NCBI GenBank assembly: GCA_023920165.1
Contig: CP089276.1
Coordinates: forward strand, 1,922,001 to 1,986,000
Origin: Curvularia clavata
Lineage: Eukaryota
DNA length: 64,000 nt
Reading direction: 5' to 3'
How positions within the stretch are numbered: the stretch's first letter is position 1; every line of letters begins with the position of its first letter. Both the position numbers and the translations under genes were made by a program. Positions 50,912-62,326 of the stretch are shown here, in pieces. The notes under the pieces were generated by a model. That model was not told the origin of the DNA. It saw only the letters and a program-made list of their open reading frames with translations, and searched no databases.

Positions 50912-53855
50912 ATGGTCAAATCCTACAGGTAATGCGCATCTACAGCGCAACCCACGCAAAAGCTTCTGCTGACCTTCACGCAGCAAGTATGAGCAGACCG
51001 ACGCGTTCGGCGTGGTCGCGACTGCTACCTCGAACATTGTCTGGACTCCGGAAGGCCTGACCCAGCCGGGTTCCAATCGCCCTGCTGGTGCTGGGCGCGC
51101 ATACGCCGCCGCGAACGAGGAGGTCTTGTGCTGGGATATAAAGAAGAGTGAACTTGTGAGCAGATGGCGCGACAATTCGTGCACCGAAGAAGTCACCGTC
51201 ATTCGTCGAAGCGAGGTGGACCCAGATGTCTTCGCTGTGGGCTATGCGGATGGAAGCATACGTATTTGGGATGCGCGAACGTCGACGGTCATCATTAGCT
51301 TCAACGGACACAAGTCAGCAGTCACAGTCCTCGCTTTTGACCAAACCGGAGTCCGATTAGCGAGTGGTTCCAAAGACACAGACATCATCATATGGGACCT
51401 GGTCTCGGAAACAGGTCTGTTCAAGCTAAGAGGACACAAGGGTCAGATTACTGGTTTACACTTTATTCATCCCGAGAATGCGCCACAAGAGGATGGCGCA
51501 GGCGACGAAGACGTCGATATGGACCCGGATCAAGCATTCCTGCTCTCCACTAGCAAGGATGCGCTGATCAAGATCTGGGACGTCACCACCCAACACTGCA
51601 TCGAGACACACATAGCGCAAACCAATGGAGAGTGCTGGGCACTTGGTGTTTCTCCAGATGGCAGCGGCTGTATCACAGCAGGCAATGATGGTGAGCTCAA
51701 GGTGTGGGCGATCGACCAAGCCGGTTTGCGAAAAGCCAGTTCAAAGATTGGTGAAGCTGCAGACTTGGAATATCTCACTCCAAGGGGCATCCTATACCGA
51801 CAAGGCAAGGATAGAACACAGGGCATCTCATTTTACTCAAAGGCCGACTACATCGCGGTGCATGGTGCAGAGAAGGCTGTCGAAATTTGGCGCATAAAGA
51901 CGCCAGAAGAGGTTAGGAAGAGCCTGATCAGGAAGAGAAAGAGAAAGAGGGAAAAGGCCAAGAGCGAGATGAAGGAAGACGCGCAAGACGAGGCTGATGC
52001 CGACGAGAAGGTCAACGTGGCTGATGCCGAAATTGGTGAAGTATTTGTGCCGTACGTGACTGTACGAACAGCAGGAAAGGTGAGGTCGGTTGCGTGGATG
52101 CATATTAAAGGAACCAAGAAGTTGCAGCTTCTTGTCGGAACCAACAACAACCTCATCGATGTCTACGAGGTGCCGCAAAAGAGCAAGTCGAAGAGCGAGG
52201 AAACACCCGACTATTCACGAACATTGGCTGTCGAACTCTCTGGGCACAGGAACGACGTGCGAGCGCTCGCACTTAGCTCGGATGACCGCATGCTAGCATC
52301 CGCTTCAAGCGGAGGCCTCAAGATCTGGAACGTGAGGACACAGAATTGTTTGCGCACGCTCGAGTGTGGGTATGCTCTCTGCTGCGCATTCCTTCCCGGA
52401 GACAAGATCGTCGTTGTGGGAACGAAAGACGGCGACATTGAGCTATATGACATTGCAGCGTCCACTCTGCTCGACAAGATTTCTGCGCATGAAGGAGCCG
52501 TGTGGACTATGCAGGTGCACCCTGACGGCAAGTCTCTCATCACTGGCAGTGCCGACAAATCAGTCAAGTTCTGGAACTTTGAAATTGTTCAAGAAGAGAT
52601 ACCAGGAACCAAGCGAACAACACCTCGTCTCAAGCTCATCCAGTCCCGTATTCTCAAGGTTAACGACGATGTTCTGAGCGTGCAATTTTCGCCCGACTCA
52701 CGACTCCTAGCTGTTGCCACCCTCGACAATACCGTCAAAGTCTTCTTTGTGGACTCGCTCAAGCTTTTCCTCAATCTGTACGGCCACAAGCTACCTGTAC
52801 TCAACATGTCCATCTCCAGCGATAGCAAACTGATTGCTACTTGTTCCGCTGACAAAAACGTGCGCATATGGGGCCTAGACTTTGGAGACTGCCATAAAGC
52901 GCTCTTCGGTCATGAGGACAGCATTATGCAGATCTCATTCATCCCACACCCAGTCGATGGTGATGAACGCCACATCCTCTTTAGTGCCAGTAAAGACAGA
53001 ACAATTAAGAGCTGGGACGGCGACAAATTCCAGCAGATTCAGAAGTTCAAGGGCCATCACGGCGAGATCTGGGCGATGACTGTAGCGCGGACAGGTGACT
53101 TCATCGTCACAGCCAGTCATGACAAGAGCATACGCATTTGGACGCGATCGGATGAGCCCATCTTCCTGGAAGAAGAGAGAGAAAGAGAACTAGAAGAAAT
53201 GTACGAAAAGACACTCGCGGCAAACCTCGAAGACGACGAAGACCCCAACGGTGAACGCGCCGAAGCAGTCGACGCCAGCAAACAAACAATCACTACCCTT
53301 ACAGCTGGTGAACGCATCCAAGAAGCCTTAGACCTGGGTGTCGCAGACCTGGAAGTCGTTCGCGACTGGGAAGTCCAAAAGAAGTCCAATCCTAAGATCG
53401 CACCACCACAGCGTGATCCTCTCTTCCTCGCTCTCGGAAACATATCCGCTGAACGTCATGTCCTAAACACTATCTCCAAGATTCCAGCTGCACAACTTCA
53501 CGATGCACTGCTTGTTCTGCCCTTTTCCTCTCTACCTGCTCTCTTCACATTCCTGGCCATCTGGGTACGCAAGCAGTGGAACATCACCCTGACCTGTCGC
53601 GTCCTATTCTTCATGCTCAAGACTCATCAAAAGCAGATTGTTGCGAGCAGAGAGCTAAAAACTGTAATTGAGGGAATGCGTAACGACCTCCGCAATACGT
53701 TGATGGGTAACAAGGACCTGATTGGGTTCAATGTTGCAGCCATGAGGTTTGTTGGCGAGAGGGTGGATGAGGCGCGGTTGGTTAGATGGGAAGACGTAGA
53801 CAAACTGGAGGAGGAGAAGAACAGGAAGAAGAGAGGGTTTGTTGATGTAGCATAG
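50912..53855 (+). CDS. DIP2: U3 snoRNP WD40 protein Dip2/Utp12; intron 50929-50983
   Basis: MVKSY start, multiple WD40 repeats, LFLNLYGHKLPVL..SADKNVRIWGLDFGDCH and a C-terminal Utp12 domain (DALLVLPF). Confidence 0.93.
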
Positions 53856-54092
53856 AGACTTTCTTTCGGAGCATAAGTTTGGACGGCGCATTGGTTCTGG
53901 TCAAAAAATCATTGTACCATTGATTGGGTTATGGCATGTTGATGAATATATACATTACTACAGGACCGCTTCTTTAAAGTGTGTTGGTTCATCACGTCTC
54001 ATGAAATTAACTTTGACCTGCCCCAGTCTTTTCCCTAGCTCTTCAGTCTGGTGTTACTCCTAGTCTCATCATCACTTCCACCACTGTTTTGA

Positions 54093-55772
54093 TCACAAGC
54101 TCGACTTACAGCGAAGCTCAGCAAACTCTTCCTCTTCTTGTCGTACATTCTGCCACGTATCAGCAAGCCGCCACAGCTTGTTCATCCCAATATCCTCCAA
54201 CATCGCGCCTCTCCCGTTACGATATACGGCATCGTACTGCTCTTCGTCGACTTCCGTCATGCCATTACTACCAAACACTGTAAGCTTACCGCTCTTGGCC
54301 CATCCCTCACCATTAATATATCGGATGAATTGATCCTGCATTGCTCGCGCAACCTCTCGAGTGTGCTTATCGAGATGCTCTTCAAAGTTATTCAATAGGA
54401 GCACAACGTCCAGCTCGTGAGAAGCAAGGCCTTTGAATGGGCCATCGATAGGATTGGGAACATGGAAGTGATACCGTGAAGCGCGTTTCGGTGGAGAGCT
54501 AGCTTTCCAGCCCCTGTAGGCTACCAATGCTGGCAAGTAGAAGCGCAATTCGCTCACCAGCTCGAGTAAGCGTTCACTCTCTTGTTTCTTGGGTGAAGGA
54601 CCGTCTAAACTGTATGCAGCTAGCAGCCTTTGCGATTCGGATGCCGTGAGGTACTTCACACATGCTGCTCTGAGTCGGTCCAGCACACCGGGTGGATCGA
54701 GAACCCTAGTCTTCAGAACAAGCCCATCATGTGCTGTATCTCCTATGACGAACTCTTTGCACCAAGAAGGCTTGTGTACTACGCTCTCCCCATCATTCAA
54801 GGAATCGAGGGAGACCTGCTCCGTCAGAAACTCATTGTCGACAGTCGCAGTAAAATACTGGGCTAGTGGCAGCTTCTGAGCAAGCTCTTCAGCATCGATA
54901 TCTAGCAGCGCTCTCTTCCTGCTATCAGCATCCCCCCTATCCAGCTTCAAATACGTCGACTGGTCCTCCAGCATCTTTTGCTGCCACCATTTATTCCGCC
55001 ATTTCCGCAGTGTCGCCTCACCGCTCATGACAACCACTCTTTCAAACAACCCTCCTTCTCCAGCAACATTAGCACAAAGCAACGTTGAGAGCGATATCCC
55101 ACCCGCGGACTCCCCCGCAGCTGTGATATTATCCGGATCGCCGCCAAAACCTGCAATGTGCCGCTTGATCCATCGGAATGCCTGCACCTGATCTTTGTAC
55201 CCCATATTACCAACAGATCCAATATCTTCGCCAGCCAAGAAGCCAAAGATGTTGACGCGATAATGTATACCCACCCCAATCACATGTTTCCCGGTTTCAA
55301 TGCTGCGTTCCACAAATCGCCGCATTTGGTACTGCGGCCAGTTATTGGATCCCATGCTAAGGCCTCCGCCGTGGACCCATACGAAGACTGGCAGTTGACG
55401 CCCTGTTGTCGTTCCGGCACCCACAACAGACCTGGGTACCGTGACATTCAACTGGAGACATTCGAATTCGTCCATTTTCTCTGTTGGGCCTTGGCCTTCC
55501 GAGCACTCGAGGACCGCGTCGCCAGTCAGGGCCAGATCCCAGGCCTGTGCTCCGCGGTGCTGGGGACATGATGGGCCAAAGTGAGTGGCGTCAACCACGC
55601 CATCCGGTCCTTCTTTCAGCAGGTCATGGTTGGGTTTTGGGTCTTGGTATCTTCCTGGTATGCATGCGTATTTAAGGTTTCGAAACTCGATGGTTGATGG
55701 GGAGAGCTTTCCGCGGAGGGTTTGCTTCAGGGTGGCATGGCGAAGTTCATCTGGCTTTGAGGACATTGTCAT
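54093..55772 (-). CDS. Type-B carboxylesterase (COesterase family), no evident signal peptide
   Basis: ECLQLNV, LPVFVWVHGGG, FGGDPDNITAAGESAGG (catalytic Ser) and SHELDV (His). Confidence 0.88.
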   Translation of the reverse strand: MTMSSKPDELRHATLKQTLRGKLSPSTIEFRNLKYACIPGRYQDPKPNHDLLKEGPDGVVDATHFGPSCPQHRGAQAWDLALTGDAVLECSEGQGPTEKMDEFECLQLNVTVPRSVVGAGTTTGRQLPVFVWVHGGGLSMGSNNWPQYQMRRFVERSIETGKHVIGVGIHYRVNIFGFLAGEDIGSVGNMGYKDQVQAFRWIKRHIAGFGGDPDNITAAGESAGGISLSTLLCANVAGEGGLFERVVVMSGEATLRKWRNKWWQQKMLEDQSTYLKLDRGDADSRKRALLDIDAEELAQKLPLAQYFTATVDNEFLTEQVSLDSLNDGESVVHKPSWCKEFVIGDTAHDGLVLKTRVLDPPGVLDRLRAACVKYLTASESQRLLAAYSLDGPSPKKQESERLLELVSELRFYLPALVAYRGWKASSPPKRASRYHFHVPNPIDGPFKGLASHELDVVLLLNNFEEHLDKHTREVARAMQDQFIRYINGEGWAKSGKLTVFGSNGMTEVDEEQYDAVYRNGRGAMLEDIGMNKLWRLADTWQNVRQEEEEFAELRCKSSL

Positions 55773-57295
55773 TGTGGAGATGCGCGCATACTACTTGGAA
55801 ACGTTTCGAAGGAGATATTTTGTATTTGCAGGATACTTTATTATTAACATTGTAGTGGTCCGCCTTACATGGCTTCCCCGGAGTGACGAATAGAGATGTG
55901 GGGTGATGTGGGGCTTATACCTCGGTAGTGGCAGTGAAGCCATCGAACTGGTCGTAGTAGACGGTTACATGGCTGCTTTTGAATTAGGTGTCTTCGTGAA
56001 TTATCTAAAAGATGGGGCAGTATATTAGATCAAACCATGTTCTGAACCAGTCGATACACTAAAGGACACTAACACTGTAGACTAGGCATGTCACTTTACC
56101 CTGGTATCACCGTAGTTTCAACTGCGTTCACTCAGCCCCATTTGTAAGAACACTAGAAGGCGTGGAAAAACTTTTTAACGGGGTTTTCTCCATCCTTGTT
56201 CGATATTTGGCCTTCGACGAAGAGCTCTGCTTGACAGTTAGAAGCTGAGTGAAAAGAAGACGAGCTAAATAAAAACCCACCCAGAGATCTCACAACAAGG
56301 CCAATATCTTGATGATATCTGCTTAGTTGGAATGCATCGATCTTGCATCCAAGGTTCTTTGTGGAGGCGTCGTAATTGTCACTTCACCCTGTGCATGTGT
56401 TATAGTGCACAGTATTCATTATTGGAATGACTATGGTAGGGGTAGCACATGGGCCACAAGGAAGGGCGAGTTTGCGCTCCATTCTCCGCTGCAACAGCTT
56501 GTAAACTAGTTTCGCATGCACAGAGCTCTAGAACCCATCATTGCACCGAGCCCTTGCTCATGTCTTCATCCACTCACTGCATCACGGCCTAACACCGTCA
56601 AATCAATCGTAACGCTAGGTTCGGCCCGACGGGACTCAGCTCGAAGTTGTTATCTTTCGGCTTCACAGGCTTATCTTCTAGAGGAACAAGCGTAACCAGT
56701 TCGAGCTGTGGTAGCCGAGAATGGGGCTGAAAGTGCGGGGCTAACTATGTACGCTCCATATAAATGTATCGAGTAACTTCTATAGGTAAATGTGGCGGCC
56801 AGTAGCATCTAGACATGTTGCCTCATGTACGCTGAAAGCACTCGCATAGTCCGCGGATACTGTGCACCACCTCTACTCTTGGTACCTCTACCGATGCGCC
56901 TGCTCAGCCTCGTGCCCTGTATCTTATGTAGTGTTACCATGCCTATCACTGAGGCGTACTTCCCATCGTATAATTGGGGCGGATGTTGAAGCTTTCTGTG
57001 TGGTAAGAGATCCCTGTGGTGTGGTTGGCGAATTGAAGCTGATATATTTTCAGCTCCTGCCTGCCTAATGCAATGCGAGACGGGCATAGCCTGATCCAGT
57101 TCTGTTAGTATGAGCTTACCACAACTTGTAGTAGTTTGATGTACCTTGGCGTGCTTGGAAGCCAAGGTATGGAAGACAGCTGAAAAGAAGAGCAATCCAT
57201 TAAACTTATCAGGGTCGATGCTGAGTCCTCTTCTTCTCTAATTTCACAGCTTGAGTCTATGCATAGAGACCAATCTCTTCCATTCTTGAGTCATA

Positions 57296-59325
57296 ATGGC
57301 ATACCAACACTTGCCTAAAACCCAGACTACCGTTGAAGTCGAGCCAGCCAATGAAGGCTACAACTCTCCCTCTCCTCCCCAACACTTTGGAGATGATGAT
57401 CGCAACTATGAATTCGATCACTCAAGTCCAGTATCTACCGTGGGGCCGCGAACTGTCAAGCACCTGGCACACTGGAGCTCGTCCACCAACACTACTACTA
57501 TTACTTCGGAGGCAAGTAGCCAGAAATCTAGCCGCAAGGCCAAGTCATCCCATGCTCGTACTTGGGCGTTTGAGATTATGGCTATTCTAGTTGCTCTCGG
57601 TGCTGTCGGGTCCATCATTGGCGTCGTCTTCAAGTATAACGGGCGTGCTTTACCCGAATGGCCTCACGACATCACTTTGAACGCACTCATTGCTCTGCTA
57701 GCTACATGTGCAAATGCTACCATGTCAGTCTGTCTTTCGAGTGGCATCTCGCAGGCCAAGTGGATTCGGTTCAAGCAGACGCCAACTCCACTGTCTGACA
57801 TTGAGGCCTTTGACGAAGCGAGTCGTGGTACTTGGGGTGCTCTCAAGCTATTGATAAAGGCAAGAGGAGGGTAGGTAACTCTCATTCTGACCGTAGTCAG
57901 TGACTAACACTTTTGTCTCTCAGATTGCTCGGGTCTTTTGGAGCCATTGTAGCCATCGTCGGTCTTGCCCTTGGGCCCTTTGCACAGCAAATAGCAACGT
58001 ACAACATACGAACCGTCGAGAGTGATATAGGGGCCACCATTCCTCGAGCACTAAACTACACTGGTGCGCTGCCGGGTAACACAAGTAATAGTCAGTATTC
58101 CAATTTCAAATAACGTCATAAGATAGCCTGCTGATATCCCATAGCTGGCTTTGTACCTATTCTTCCCCTGAAAGCAGCGGTTTACAATGGCTTGTTCGCT
58201 GAGAATAACAGGCCTGCGGCATCCCTCCAATTCGAATGCTCAAGTGGTACCTGTACATGGAAGCCCTTTGAGACGCTGGCTGTTTGTCACGAATGCACCG
58301 ACATCACTCCGCTCATGACACGATACTGTGCACCAGAAATGGGTGTTTCACCAAATGTATCCTCCTGTGGATGGCAAGTGCCTCAAGGGGGGCTGCTCAA
58401 CACCAGCTCCGACGTATTTAGTATGACTTCGTTCATTCCATCCGCATATGGGGATATGCCCCACTCCACAATGATTAAGCTCATTTTCATGGGCACGGAA
58501 CACCAGGATAAGCCCCGTGAACTCAATCCTTGGGCCAAGCAATGCACACTCCAAGCTTGCGTCAATACGATATCCGCAGCGGTAGTGAACGGTACGCACC
58601 AGGAGAACATCACGCATTCAACCATGAACCACACTGTACTTGACATGAGTTCTCCGGACCCAAATGCCGACTATGGCGTCTATATTCGCGGTGATTCGGA
58701 CGACACCGACTATCTCGTTGGTATGGGTGCTCTGCTAAGCATCCGCGGCTGGTTCAGCGCAATCTTTTCCAACGGCTCTGCCACTCGGACAACCAGCGAC
58801 TTCACCCGCAGCGTCACCGACCCGGATCGCGCCGTAGTCGTGAACCTCACTGTGGGTATCGCGTCAGGAGAGACATTTTTTGACACAGACATTCTTACTG
58901 CGTTTTACTGGAACTACTATGAGTACGCTAACGGACTGGACATGTTGATGAGTGATTTAGCGGTGTCGATGACCACGGCTTTCCGCAGCTTCATGGGTGC
59001 AGTGCCCACAAATGGAAAGTCCATCACCATCGAGTCTTACGTTCATGTTCGTTGGGGCTTTGCTGTTCTTCCTATCGCTGCTGTTCTGGCAACTCTGGTG
59101 TTCTTGATCGTTTCCATAACGATGACACATACATCTGATACGCAGGCATGGAAGACTAGTGCTCTGGTGTCGCTCTTCCATGGCCTGGACCTTCCAACGA
59201 AAGAGAGATTCAGTGCAAAGAGTAGCCTGAGCGCGAAAAAGAATCAGGCGAAGGCCGTCAAGGTGCAGCTATGCACTAATGACCACAACGAAACTTTGCT
59301 TCGGGCTGAGAAGGCATCTTGCTAG
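57296..59325 (+). CDS. DUF3176-family membrane protein; 3 exons (57296-57870, 57924-58090, 58145-59325)
   Basis: ITLNALIA, ISQAKWIRF..LSDIEAFDEASRGTWGAL, GPFAQQ, CSSGTCTW..F.TLAVC and YVHVRW..WKTS.L. Confidence 0.85.
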
Positions 59326-59411
59326 TTCTTCAGAGACGATTATTGTTCAGTAGCATATGGGTAGACTGCCTTTGGGATATAGGCCTTTTCAGACCTTTTT
59401 GAATCTACAAT

Positions 59412-60953
59412 CTAAGCCCTGCTTCCACCATCAATATCCTTACTCTTTCGGCCCTCACTACTATCATCACTTTCCGTGTCGCTTAATAAACCATCCCAAG
59501 CCTCGTCTTCCATATTATCCGCCTCACTCTCTCTTCCAGCTCCTTCCTCCACTTTGACGTTCACAAATAATATCCACAACCCGATATCGTAGATGATCCT
59601 GCACGTACCAGACGCCAGGAAAGCAACCCAGAAGTTGTCACTGCCGGCAAGGAGACCAGTGATTGACGGGCCCACGCTCATAGCCAGAGTTCGTACCATA
59701 CTCGTGATACCCATCGCACCTGTGCGCTCCTCCGGCTTGACGACTGCGGCAATGAAGGCTGTGCGTGGGGCTTGATCCATACTATTGAGGGCGGCTCGGA
59801 AGAGCATCAGCCCGATTGTCCACCCGGCATGCGATGGCAAAGGAATAAAAGCGATTGACAACGACGAAGGAAGATGCGTAAAAACCATAGTGTTGATGAG
59901 GCCGATGCGTTTAGCTAAAGGTCCAGCAAAAATAGCGCCGACTGCGCAAAGGAATTGCGAAGCCGAGGTGATATCTCCGAGCGTAGCCTTGGAGACGCCA
60001 AACTTCCGGTCGACATAGTAGTTCATTAGTGAGTATGGTGTCATTCCATCTGACAGGCTATCGACGGCGAGAAGTATCCAGAGCTTGTACAAGATTGATC
60101 GTGTAGTCTTCGAAATTTGACTGAAATAGCTTTGTTTCTTCGGCGATTGTGTGACTCGAAGATTTTCCCTTCTTCTTGAGGGCTCACCGTCTTGATCAAA
60201 CCCATCGGTCGTGCTCGGTGTCATGGCTTCGAGAAGCACTTCTTCCTCCTCTCCATCACCACTGCCTCTCCGCTCTTTCATTTCGGCACGTTTCTCGCCA
60301 GCCGACTCACATCTGGCACTCAATCCCAGGCATAGTATACATCCAAGTATACCAAAGGCTGCGTATCCCCAGAACAAGGCATGGTATGCCTTGGTAGCAT
60401 TTCCGCTACTCTTCTCAAGTGCGTGCACTATTCTTCCTGCGACCTCCGCTCCTATAGCTCCAGCCATCGTGGTCGCTGTGACGTACCACGACAGAACGTC
60501 ACTTCTTGTCTTCTCGTCAGTCAAGCCACTCAAAATACTCTCCTCGACTGCCCTGAATGGCCCACAGTCGGCTCCGGTAACAGAAATGATGCCAAATACT
60601 GCTGCAATCAAGAGGATCCAGAAGTTTTCGGAAATTGCAAATGCCACACCTGAACAAGCCATCATCACGCTACCCATGAACAGAATCTTTCTCCTTCCAA
60701 GTTTATCCGCCACCAGGGTAAGTAGCAAGGAGAGCAAGACATCTCCCAGTAGTGTGAGAGTCATGAATACTCCGATTCTCGAATCGGGAAATTTGAGAGA
60801 CGCGAAGAACAAGGCCAAAACGAGACTAGGGATTCCGGCAGTAAACATGCGCAAGGAACGCAGTGTGATAATGATGTAAGCATCCCGTCCGGTTGCGTTG
60901 AGCGATTGTACACCGAGGAAGCCGGCAATTCGCGATACAAACATGGGAGCCAT
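59412..60953 (-). CDS. Major facilitator superfamily transporter
   Basis: About 12 hydrophobic segments; MFS motif A ADKLGRRK; RIGLINTMVFTHLPS and MDQAPR.AF. Confidence 0.88.
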   Translation of the reverse strand: MAPMFVSRIAGFLGVQSLNATGRDAYIIITLRSLRMFTAGIPSLVLALFFASLKFPDSRIGVFMTLTLLGDVLLSLLLTLVADKLGRRKILFMGSVMMACSGVAFAISENFWILLIAAVFGIISVTGADCGPFRAVEESILSGLTDEKTRSDVLSWYVTATTMAGAIGAEVAGRIVHALEKSSGNATKAYHALFWGYAAFGILGCILCLGLSARCESAGEKRAEMKERRGSGDGEEEEVLLEAMTPSTTDGFDQDGEPSRRRENLRVTQSPKKQSYFSQISKTTRSILYKLWILLAVDSLSDGMTPYSLMNYYVDRKFGVSKATLGDITSASQFLCAVGAIFAGPLAKRIGLINTMVFTHLPSSLSIAFIPLPSHAGWTIGLMLFRAALNSMDQAPRTAFIAAVVKPEERTGAMGITSMVRTLAMSVGPSITGLLAGSDNFWVAFLASGTCRIIYDIGLWILFVNVKVEEGAGRESEADNMEDEAWDGLLSDTESDDSSEGRKSKDIDGGSRA

Positions 60954-61880
60954 GTTGGTGATGCTTGACAGCAGGTTGCTGGTGGACAAATGCGGTTAAA
61001 GTACTCGCAACCAACGGAGATCTGGTTCCAGTGGTCACGAGGGGTTGGCGAGAGAAGATGGAGAAGAAGAAGAGAATTCCGGCCTACGAGAGGTAGGTGA
61101 TTGCCTAGACGTTAAACCCGTCCCGGGTTTAAGGTCAGTCGTGATTGGGCTTTGTGACTCACCATGGCGTGCATGGGAAGCTCCATCCAACAGCTTCTAG
61201 ATCTCGGTCACAGAAATAGGCACCGGCAACCTTGCCGATGTTCGCTGCTGTTATGTTGCTGCGCGGCCGAGACACCGAATGTACAATCTAAACGAGAATG
61301 TGGGGGTGGGGTACGTCATAGTCGACATCTTCGCTCCCGTGCATATCTTGACCACTCTCTCTCCATCCTCAAAACCACTTTAGTATTCACATATTTTGTA
61401 CACAAGAGGACACTGAGGTGTCCGCTATACTTCAAATGTTTCTCCTATGTGACTAACACCGATCTATTCTGCTTGGCGATCACATGTAACCAACTTTTTT
61501 GCCATGCCAGGCAACACCACCAGATTCTGGAACTGCGTGCATTCACCTCGAACAACGCATGAATAAAGCGGATATTGTTACAGTACCGTTCAAAACTGCC
61601 CTCACCCTTTGCGCAAGCGACAATATTGTTGGGTCCCTGTTAGTCTAGGAAATCCTTGCTAATTCCAACTAATCGCGGAGTACTGGGACCTACTAGCTCT
61701 AAATAAGCTAGCTTGCAATCAGGAGGCACTCTTATATGTAGAATAGGTGCAATGCAGTGCTGTACGCATCGTAGTCGATATAAAGTTACACCATATTCAT
61801 TGATGTTTGCTGACCTGTTTATGCTTTCTATAGTTCCTCCCGTATGTGTCCTCAAGCGTACACTTTAGATCTAGGTCTCC

Positions 61881-62256
61881 TCACTCCGCTTCCCACCATT
61901 CTAGGATTGCCAAAGAAGACTTAAGATTAAAATGACCAGCTTTTAGCACTCGCTGACACGGCTGTACACATTTTCGTACTAAGACTATAGCCTCTACATT
62001 CCGGCTTTATATTTTCTACACAAAGGCTAGGTTAGCAATATTAGTTGGCGTGGCAGGATAGTCTGCTCTGAGCTTTGTATTAAAAACCACTACTATTTGC
62101 GCGGATAGGTCGTTAGCATTGTTGTATCGCCAATAGTGCCTATGTATCAATACTAGATTAAGCATGTTTGTCATTGGGATAATCGGCTCTAAGCTTCGTC
62201 TTACTTGTCTCTATTATCTACACAAATAGCTTCTTAGCGTTGTTCCACCGCCCTTG
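61881..62256 (-). pseudogene. Degenerate C-terminal TPR-repeat remnant of an NLR (NB-ARC/NACHT-TPR type)
   Basis: Manual translation: QGRWNNAKKLFV*IIETSKTKLRADYP / frameshift / MTNMLNL..RYNNANDLSAQIVVVFNTKLRADYPATPTNIANLAFV*KI*SRNVEAIVLVRKCVQPCQRVLKAGHFNLKSSLAILEWWEAE*. This matches the fungal NLR TPR consensus QGRW.EAE.L.VQVMET.K.KLGADHP.TL.SMANLA. Confidence 0.85.
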
Positions 62257-62326
62257 GCCCAAAGACTACATCGAGCAGCCGCTCCAGTACTGTGGCACGT
62301 GGCCTCTACTATAGCTCTATACGTAC

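Noticed and set aside
61560..61860. TpA-rich stretch and 71-aa ORF as a transposon remnant
   Set aside because: No terminal repeats or transposase/RT similarity recognisable; it may simply be the flank of the decayed NLR.
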